Shown piece after piece: positions 48,604 to 57,740 of a stretch of 57,740 nucleotides of DNA (position 1 is the stretch's first letter; each line of letters starts with the position of its first letter). Source of the DNA: Geosiphon pyriformis uo1 (lineage: Eukaryota; Fungi; Glomeromycota); contig JAAOMT010000198.1 of NCBI GenBank assembly GCA_016748015.1, positions 542,519 through 600,258 of the forward strand, given 5' to 3'. The notes beneath the pieces were generated by a model, which was given only the letters and a program-made list of their open reading frames with translations, ran no database searches and had not been told where the DNA came from. The translations under genes were made by a program, and so were the position numbers.

Positions 48604-49574
48604 TGTTACCAGAGGTTTTTGGTTTCTTTTCTTAAATGTTGTTGATGCCTGTTTGTTGTGAATTCACGTTTTCTGGATGTGGTTGAACCTCCAATAACTG
48701 AATTTATTTTCAAATTATCTCCTATAATTTGAATTGCTGGGCTTATAAGTGGAATGGCCAATTCCTTGCCAGTTACTTTATGTAGTTACATTGTAGTAAA
48801 TGTCAACTCTTTCCCAGGAATTGCTCATCTGGAAGCTCACTAAAATGTATAGTTACTTTGCTGTGAAAGTCAACTCTTCTACAGGAATCTTGTCTGTAGA
48901 CTACCCTAATGATTGTAATAAGAAAAGAAAAGAAAAATAAAAGAAATGTAAAAGAAATAGAATTTTGTTAAGAGAAACGTTTTCTATCCAGGTCTGGAGT
49001 CACTAACAGTTTACTGAAATTGGTAGCTAATCAATTTCAAAACGTTAGTTGGGTTTTGAAGATTTTCCAAGTGCAATAATTTAAAGAATTTGGTTTTTCG
49101 AATTATTTAATATTTATTTTTTTTTGTGTGTGTAGGAATGGTTCTAAGTAATAAATCTAAAGTAAGATACATTTTCCAGAAGAGAAAAGCTTTTCTTTTA
49201 TACAACTTGTTGTAGTACTAGTCTATGAACTTGTACTTTTTCTCTTTGCTCAAATTTTGGTGAACTAAAGATACATTTTGATGAACTACAAGTTATTTCG
49301 CTGAACTATTGATTAATTTGGATAAACTATTCATAATTTCGGCAAATTTCTGTAAATTTCGGCAAATTTTTGAATGTTACAAAGTTCAGGGTATTGTGTA
49401 ATTTGATCATCCTACTTTTTGTTATACTAATTAGATTATTTTAATTGAATCGTAATATGTGATAATTGATTAAATAATAAATGATAATTTGAAATGATAT
49501 TAATATACTAATGAATTATAGGAATTATAAAGATAATTTCATGCTAATTAATAACTAAAATTCTACTGGTAACA
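48604..49574 (-). repeat. 5' LTR of Gypsy D (971 bp)
   Basis: TGTTACCAG...CTGGTAACA; LINE ORF2 resumes after 49574. Confidence 0.92.
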
Positions 49575-52500
49575 GCGGATTATGAATAAGTTTAATGGGG
49601 TTTGAATTTTTATCTTTGGTCTAAATATGAGTTTTCTTGGTGCTGAGATTGCCATTATTATGAACAATTCATTGGCTTATTATGTGTCTAAAGTGGAGAA
49701 GATTCTTGGTTAGCTGGTTTGTGTATGTCTTTTATTTAAGAACAAGCTTTTAATTATGATCTTAAGTCTGTATGCTGGTGTTTCTATTGATATATATTTT
49801 AGTCAAGCTGCCAATATCAACTCTATGATATTCAAAATAGTCAATTTTAGTTTTTTTACAGTATTGAGCAGTGACTTTAATGAGAATAGATCTAAAAGAA
49901 GTACAAGTTTCAAATTCTGCTTGGATTTAAGACTTGTTAATACTTTTGATGAACATTTAATGGCCAAAACTTCTATTTAAAGCAATTCTAAAGGAATCAA
50001 AAAGGTGCTGGATTATGTTTTTGTGAGTAAGAACCTGTTATCTGCAATTGCATTACATAAAGTTGATGATATTTCAGAGTTTTTTGACACAGATCATAAA
50101 GTGGTTTCAATTTTAATTGGTTTGGGTGAATTTTTAGATACTCATCTTATCAGCATTCATAAACAGACCAACTGAAACCAGTAGAAATTCAAATTAGGTA
50201 ATGCAAATAAGGTCTAATGGTTGAATTTTAAAGAATGTTCTTCTGCCAAGTTGATTAAATCAAACATATTTGAGAATACAAAAGACAATAAAAACTTAGA
50301 TACAATATGAAAGATGCTGAAGGAAGCTGTAATACAGACTGCTGATGTGATGTTTTCTAAGATTTAGTATAGTGAATATGTTTGTTTAAGAAATAAACAG
50401 TCTTCAAAATTCTTTAAATTGAAGTAGTTTATTGCAAAAATTGTAAAAAGTTGGAATTTTGGGAATCTTATAAATTTTGACTGTTTTGTTAAAGTTTGGT
50501 CAGCTATTAATGAAATTAAGGTGTCCAAATTTATTGTCATAGTTTCAGATAGTACAAATTCAATAGATTTAATTAAGCATTTGTTAATAATGCAAAAAAT
50601 GTATTGGAAATCCAAATATTATAAGTCAAAAGTTGCTAAAAATATAGCTATTGACCATCATATGGAAAATTTCTGTTTTAACAAAGAACATATAATAAAA
50701 AGCATACTGGAATATCTATTTTACAAAGTTGTTTTGGACTATTTGGTAATAGATGATGAGCTAATAGTGGAATCTAATAAGATAAAACTCAAAGTTGATG
50801 AGATTATGAAAGGGTAGACAAAAAAGTATTTGGTGCTTCTAAAGATATCTAACATGTGGTCTTGTCAATATATATCTTTGAATTATGTAAATGATAATGC
50901 TTTTTCTAGTGTGATAAAAAAAATTGATATGGAAGAATTGTTTTTAGTTGTTAATAATCTGCCAAATGATAAAGCTGTTGAGTTATTAGAAATACTTAAC
51001 AAACTTTGAAAACATTGTGGTGATGGGGTGTTGGCCTATCTTTTGAAGCTGTTGAATTTGTGTTTGACTTTGGGTAAGGTTCTAACTTTTTGGAAAGGAG
51101 CATAAGTTTCAATAATTCCAAAACTTTATGATTGAAATGGTATTTTAATGAATATTAAACTTATTGTATTAGTCAAGACAGCTTGAAAAATCTTGTCTAA
51201 AATTATTTCTGATTGGATATTATCAGCTTGCAGCAAATTTGATATTCTTTGCAATGATAATTTTTTAGTATTGAAGGGCACTTTGACTCAATCTTCTATT
51301 TTTGCCATTGGGTCAGTTATTAAAGATACTCTAAAGAAGAATAAAAAGCTTTGGTTGGTGCTTTAAGACATGTGCAAAGCTTATGACTTAGTAAGCTGGT
51401 ATTATTTAAAAACTAGCTTGCTTTGCATCAAAATATGTAGTTAGTTCATCAAGTTTTTTGGCAATATTTATGAAAATTAGATCAATAAGATAATAACAGA
51501 TTTTGGTCTTTTAAATAGTTATAAAATACATGATAGTTTGGATCAGAGTTAGATTTTTTCTCTACTCCTTTGGAGAATCTTCTATAATCTGCTCTTGTAT
51601 AAGGTAAAAAAACATAAGCACTTGTACAAATACAGAATTAATACTAAGTTTATGGCAAAGTTTGGCAGAGTTAAAGCTATTAAAGAAAAAACTTCTTTTT
51701 TGGCTGCTGGCACCTTTGTTGATGATACAATTTGGGTTGGAAGTTGTTAAACTTTTACACAATATATTTTGAATATTGCTAGTAAGTTTTTTAAAGTCAA
51801 TAATATTTCGATCAATAATAATAAAACAGTAACTATTCTAATCAATCAAGGTATTAAGTTTGCTTTTCTGCTGATTAATAGTCCACCAATTTTAATTGCT
51901 AAGAAAGATAAAATGCACAGATAGTTGAGCATTTTTTTATTTACTGAAGACCTTTTTTAAGCCTAGTTTGGCTTAAGCTTATGTAGATATTAAGTTCTTT
52001 TTTAATGTTGTGTTGAAGATGACTATCACAGATAAATAATTTTCATACTTAGTTTCAGCTGTTTTGTAGCCAATTGTCAACTATAAAATGCAGTTTAGTT
52101 TTGTTTCTTTAGATATGTGTTGCAAATAGAATATAATAGTCAAGAAAAATCTTAGAGCCAAGACCAATTTACCACATGACTTTTTCAATGAAGTTTTGCA
52201 TTATCCATTTTTATATGGTTTGAAGCCTTTTAAGCAAGTGCAGTCTAAAAAGAAGCTGGCTGCTTTGATTTTTTTTCCAATGCCCATGGTATTTTAGGTC
52301 ATTTATTTGAATATAGGTTTTTGGATTTGCAGGTTCTGGGGTGGTCTTCTCTAAATCTTTTGCAATTTTCTGTCAGGCTATGTGTTAGCCCAATAAACAA
52401 TTTTTTGGCTGGAGTGGTAAAGATTTTTTTGAAAAATGAGTTGTTTTTGGCAAATAATTTATCTAATGTTTTTTGTAAATCTAATAGATTTCTAATGTCT

Positions 52501-55399
52501 TATATCTTGAAACAGCCCTTGTATTATAATTTGGTTCTGTTTTTAAAACAGTTTAGTGTTGCTTTTGATAACAGGCTTCTGGACAAAAAAGGGAAGATAA
52601 TAGACTGAAAACCATTTCAATGGTGAAAGAGATTGGATCCAAGAGGCTCTATATCTCATTGGTTTGTATTGACATCTGAGTTTTTGAGTAAAAGTGTTTC
52701 TTTGGGAGTTGAGTTTGCTGTAGTTCTCAGAATATCTGTAGTAGACATCTTGAGGTCTGAGATGTTTTCTAATATGTGTGGTAGTTTGTTAGAAGTTTGG
52801 TCTAATTGTATCAAAATTTATACAGATAAGTTTTTAAAGGGTGCTGGTTTGGCTGAAGTAGTAAGTGGAGTGACTGCTTACTTTTTGGTAATAGAAAAGA
52901 GTGTTAAAATAAAAGTAGATAGGCTTCTGTCTTCCACTATGGCTGAGTTGCAAGCTGTTGCCTTGGCTTTAGAATGTGTTTCATCTTTATGTTCTGTGGT
53001 TTTTTACTTAAACAGCCAATCTGTTATTAATGCTTATGTGTTTGAGACTTTATTGGCTGTGTTTAACTTCTGTAATCATTGTTAGATTGAGTGATTGCAT
53101 ATAGTTAATCTTCTTAGAGATAAAAATATTTTGGTAAAATGAGTAAAAATTAAAGGATATTTAAGAGTACTGGACAATATTAAAACAGACATAATAGCAA
53201 GTAAAGCCACTTTTTTTTCTTTTTTTTTGCCAGTTGAAATTCAGAAATGATTTTTGGTTGCTAAAGATACTGCTGTGTCTAATAATACTTGTTATTTTGT
53301 TCATAACATATATTAATTAATTTGTCATGCTTGTTGGGAAATTGGTTTTGGTTGTAATATAATTTCAAGTGTTATGATTAAGGAAATAAATTAAAATGCT
53401 ACTATAAAGATTTGGCAACTAGATTTATACATGCTCTCTGAGTTTACTAATTGAAAGTCAGTTAATTTGCAAATATATTTGATAAAAATAGTACATAAAT
53501 AACTGCCTATAGTAATTAGAAAGAGATTGTATAACAGAGATTATTCTGGGGTGCTGTGCTTGCTGTGTAATAAAGTAGAGTTGTTTAATCATGCTTTTAC
53601 ATGTTCTGGTAATGTTGACTTCCATAAAAACATTTTGGCTAAAGCTACTAAGAGGTAAATATTATTAACAGATTCTTCTTGCTCATCTATATCAGCTATC
53701 TTGCACTCTCTTTTATTATGTTTCTTGAATATAGACTTATATACTGTGATTTGCAAAGATTTTGTTTTATGTGATTGGTATGCTGAGGCTGTTTTGAGCT
53801 TTAAAGGGAAAATAAATACCATTTTGGTCTTTGTTAATTATGTCAAGTTTGTGGTGGAGCTGTATTACACTAAGATATAACTTATTAAGTCTAAGCATAG
53901 GATGAATATAAAAAAGGCTGGCTTAGTCAAGGATGATAGTTTGATTTTAAACTTGTTTTGCTGTTTAGTGTTTATATTATCTGATGGAGTGATTTATATA
54001 CTTGGTGTTATAGAATCTTTTTCAGTTAGTTTTGGTAAACACAAAATATGTCATTTTTTTTTTGGTTTAGGTGGTAATGTATGTGTTTGCATAAATATAT
54101 AGTGTTGCTTTATTTGGCCCAAGTGGCTGGTCATATATAATAAGTATATAAGTTACATTTAGTTTGATCTATTTAGTTTGGTTCTATATATTAAATAGTA
54201 ATTAGATTTCATTTGTTAAATTTATAATAAAAAATAAATAAATTATTTAGACATAATTTATAATAAAATTGTTAATAAATTAACTAATATAACTGTCTTT
54301 TTATTTTTATATCTTTTTTAAATATTAATAAAAAATTTTTTAAATTAATAATATAATTGTTTGATAATATATATTATTTTATTTACAATATTTCTTTTTT
54401 AATTAGTTTTATTTAATAAAAAACTGGTTTAAATACTAATATGATTTTTAGTAATATAATTAAATTTATAAATTAGTCTTATTATGATATAATATTAAAA
54501 TTTTTTTATATAATTAAGTTTTATAAACAAACTTATATTTAATTTGTAAATCTATATAATAATAATATTTTTTAGTAATTATTTATAAAAAATTATATAA
54601 TAAATAATATTTTAAAGTTATATGCTTTTATTATAATAAGATTAAAATTTTTGATTATATCTTTATATATATATTAAATATTAATACTTATACTAGAATA
54701 TTAAAATCTTAATTATTAAATAAAATTTTTTTGTTGAAGTATTGTTAATATTATTTCTAGTTTTAAAATTTTTATTTTTTGGTTTTTATAATAATATTAT
54801 ATATATTTTATTATATAAAAACTTTATATTTAAAAATTAGTTTACTAAAACTGTTTTTGTTTTTTATAATACCAAAATTATTATTTTTGAATTGGTTTTT
54901 TTTATATATTACATTGTAATAAGTTTCAAAAAATATATTTAAGCATATAAAACTAAATACAAAATAATAAAAAAAAAAAATAAACTTATAAAGATTAATA
55001 ATAATGTTTTTTATAATCTTTAAAATTTATTAAATTGGCTTTTTAATAAGATTATTTGTATATTAAGTATTAATAAAACTTTTGTAATATATTTTAATTC
55101 TTATAATAAATATTTATTTATTTTAAATTTAAATAATAAAATTTATATTAATATAAATATATAGTATAATTCTGGTTAGTTTGAATAACTGTTTACATAA
55201 AATAAATATGTAACTTGTATTTAATTATAAATATTTTGTTTATTTATATATATTAATATTTAAATTGTACTTATTAAATTTTTAATAATAAAAACAATAA
55301 TATAATTAATATAATTAAAAAGTTGATAACTAATTTAATTAATAAAAACAGTTTATTAAATTAATTACATGTAAAAAAAACATAAATTATAATTATTTA

Positions 55400-56165
55400 A
55401 AGTCTTTATATTTTAAATTACAGTTAACAATTAAATTATATTTTGTTAAAACAATAAAAAAACAGTTTATAAATATAAAACTTTAAAATATTAACTTAAA
55501 ATTAACAACAGAATTAAATACAATAACAGAAAAAAAACATAAAAACAACAGTCTTAACATAAAACTTTAATTCAAAAAACTTGTTATTAAAATTTTTAAA
55601 AGTTATTAAAAACTTAAGCACTAACTTTAAAGAAAAAAGTAAAACTATTTTATATTTTACAGCCAAATAATTCAAACTTTAATACTTAAAGCAATATTAA
55701 CAACCAAAAGTTTTTTATTAAATATAACATCTTTACAAAATATTAGTTTTAATTATAATATTATTTAAGTTTTTTTGAAAACTGAAAATAACAATAAAAA
55801 AATTTAACAGGTGTAATTATTAATTTAAAAGACCAACAAACTGATTTTAAAAACAGTACAGCCAGAAAAAAACCAACCAATTTAGCTTTAAATAAATATT
55901 TAAAAGCAATAAATTTCTTTTGATTAAAAAAAGAGAGGGTTTTTTTATCAGCACAAACCAGCACACAAAGCAGTTTTAACACTTAAAATAAAGAGCAGCA
56001 TATTGTAAAACACCAGCAGACTTTAACTTAACTTTTACTACTTTTACCAAAAACACCAAAAACAATCTTAACATTATTTGGCATAACATTTGAAGGAATG
56101 TCAAGAAAAGCAACAGTAGCGGAAACAGGAACAGAACTCGAGTTCACAGAAGACTGTAGTCTTAA
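55400..56165 (-). mobile_element. ORF1 relic related to the ORF1-only family, directly upstream of the F-box gene
   Basis: Minus strand reads VAFLDIPSNVMPNNVKIVFGVFG..VKLKSAG..QYAALYF..FKAKLVG, homologous to VALRNVPLGTSSDDIKTVLGIFGVVTSVKLKPAGL. Confidence 0.7.
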
Positions 56166-56295
56166 ACTTTTGGTTTAAATTAATATTCATTAAATCATAA
56201 GTCCCTGTAATGCAAAGTTCTTGACCAATCAAATATTTTGCTCAGCTGATAAATCCAATCTGAACTTTGAATTTTTCGAATCGAAGTGATTATTG

Positions 56296-57740
56296 ATGGA
56301 TACTCAAAAGGTGCAAAGGCCCAAACCGAAAAATCTACACTCTATAAAGCAAGAAAGTACGATCACAATATCCAACAACGAAGGACCACAATCTCCCGTC
56401 TCCACTGAAATAGTAAAATCTTCCAAAAATAAGAAAAAAGCCTCGCATCGGGGACAACATATGATTCCAAAACAAACTTCAATCGCGGCGGTTATACCTC
56501 CTGAAGTTTTCATCAAAATCTGTGAAAACTTGCCTCCAGAAGCCCTCTTATCTTTAAGTCGTGTATGCAGGAGGTATCGAGAATTTTTGTATTCTACCAC
56601 ATCATCCTTATCACAACAGATGTGGACCACTTCACGATTGAATTTTATGCGTACACTACCTTTACCACCACCAAATGACATGGATGAGATTGCATACATA
56701 AAATTGGCCTTATTACAGAGAGGGTGTCAATTTTGCCCAAGAAAAGCAAAACCCAAAGTATACTGGGCTTTTAGGGTTCGATGCTGCCGGAAATGTTTGT
56801 CGGCCAGAACGCAGAAGTAAGTCTTTAATATTTTGCTGATTTGGTAGCCCAATTCATTTCACTTACTAAATTTTGTAGGGAGTTGCATATTCCTCATGAT
56901 TTTGTATCTTGTTTACCTTTTGCAATCGTAGAAGGAGTTCGTTATTATTGGACTACACAAGCTCAAGCCGCTAAATTAGAATACAATGAAAAGGCTACAA
57001 ATCTGGAAAAAGAAAATTTTCTTAACCAGCTTATTCAAAAGAGGGACGAGCGAATGGCAGATGCGACTGCTCGCGAAGAAGCTGCCAAAAAAGGACTTGC
57101 TCTAGAGATGGAAGGAAATAAGCACAAATTGTCTGTGCTGATAGAACGAATGTCTCGAGAAACAACTGATGAAGGGACTCCAAAATATAACATTGAAGAT
57201 CTCAAGAAATGCCCAAGTTATCTAAAAGTTTCCTGTGCCCTTGATCAAGCGATAAATGCTACATTATTGAAACGAGCAATTGCCAATGAGTATGAAAGAA
57301 TTTCCGCAGGGAGCGTGAAAAAGAAGAAGCAAAATGAGGTTCTCCAACTAATCGTAAAGCTTCGTCTAGCTTTACGTGAGACTCGAGGATATCAACAGTA
57401 TAGAAAGTCGTTACATCAAAATCAATCCGAAAATAATTCACTTCTAAAACCTGTTATTAAACCGGATTCCATGACTCAAAGATATGCACGCTTTGCTCTC
57501 GATATTATATCCGCAGTATCGGGAAGAAGAGACAATACAAGTTTTATGCAACCTCTTAATCAATGCGAAAAACTATTACGTTTTTGCCCCTCTTTCGTTC
57601 AGCCACCTTATGATTTGGACGAAATGGATGAGAATTTCCTCTTGAAAGTTTTTATTCCAAAACTTTGCCGAGAAGCGGCAGAAATTGACAAACAATTTCA
57701 ACCCTGTTTCACTATCGGAAAAGCTCTTGCTCAAGGATGG
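56296..57740 (+). CDS. F-box domain protein (partial). Exons 56296-56816, 56879->57740
   Basis: F-box IPPEVFIKICENLPPEALLSLSRVCRRYREFL, then GCQFC..VYWAFRVRCCRKC. GTAAGT..CTAA..TAG intron; second exon open to the window end. Confidence 0.88.

Larger units (their letters stand above)
40089..49574 (-). mobile_element. Ty3/Gypsy copy D (second family, dUTPase-bearing, ~9.5 kb) inserted in the LINE endonuclease
   Basis: LTRs with 9-bp terminal inverted repeat TGTTACCAG/CTGGTAACA; 4-bp TSD gtgg/gcgg; PBS; gag CYYCGIPEHWKQDC, protease, dUTPase, RT, RNase H, integrase, ORF3. Confidence 0.95.
39938..54102 (+). pseudogene. LINE ORF2: APE endonuclease (39938-40088 and 49575-~50150), RT (~50950-51950), RNase H (~52815-53200), Cys/His motif (~53556-53603)
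   Basis: ETKL, SDFN, LDYVF, TDH; DMCKAYDLV, FVDDTIW; IYTD, SSTMAELQAVALAL, KIKGY; CLLCNKVELFNHAFTC. Confidence 0.85.
37935..54240 (+). mobile_element. Full-length degenerate LINE (ORF1 plus APE-RT-RNaseH-Zn ORF2), interrupted by Gypsy D at 40089-49574
   Basis: ORF1 with RRM-like region and CKKCVKFGHSVLEC. ORF2 reads ..VTETKL..IRLW across the insertion into IMNKFNG. A-rich tail ~54221-54240. Confidence 0.88.

Noticed and set aside
49001-49008. ctaaca as the end of a ~405-bp LTR
   Set aside because: The LINE resumes only after 49574, where the 9-bp terminal inverted repeat and TSD lie, so the LTR is 971 bp.

Overview
Eukaryotic, AT-rich genomic DNA with short GT-AG introns, most consistent with an early-diverging fungus (Glomeromycotina-like; this is inference from gene and TE content). 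Four host genes: the Ssn6/Cyc8 TPR co-repressor (minus, 10 coding exons, ~1112 aa), a Tim17-like membrane protein, proteasome beta-4 PRE1, and an F-box protein running off the right edge. They sit in CpG-retaining islands between nested, CpG-depleted, C>T-hypermutated retroelements. The TEs are five Ty3/Gypsy copies (A-E) of at least two families, an RNase H-bearing LINE split by a dUTPase-carrying Gypsy, a second LINE-type ORF1, and at least five copies (plus two related relics) of a ~2.45 kb poly(A)-tailed element encoding only an ORF1 (RRM-RRM-CCHC). Main signals: (1) the Gypsy elements look tricistronic, with Gag-PR-RT-RNaseH stopping, integrase restarting as a separate +1-frame ORF in two distinct families, and an unknown ~218-aa ORF3 coupled to integrase by an ATGA stop-start overlap; (2) an RT-less ORF1-only 'half-LINE' family mutually nested with Gypsies, almost always antiparallel; (3) RIP-like C>T hypermutation not limited to CpG, which fades next to genes. 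All coordinates were read by eye; TE relic boundaries are approximate.
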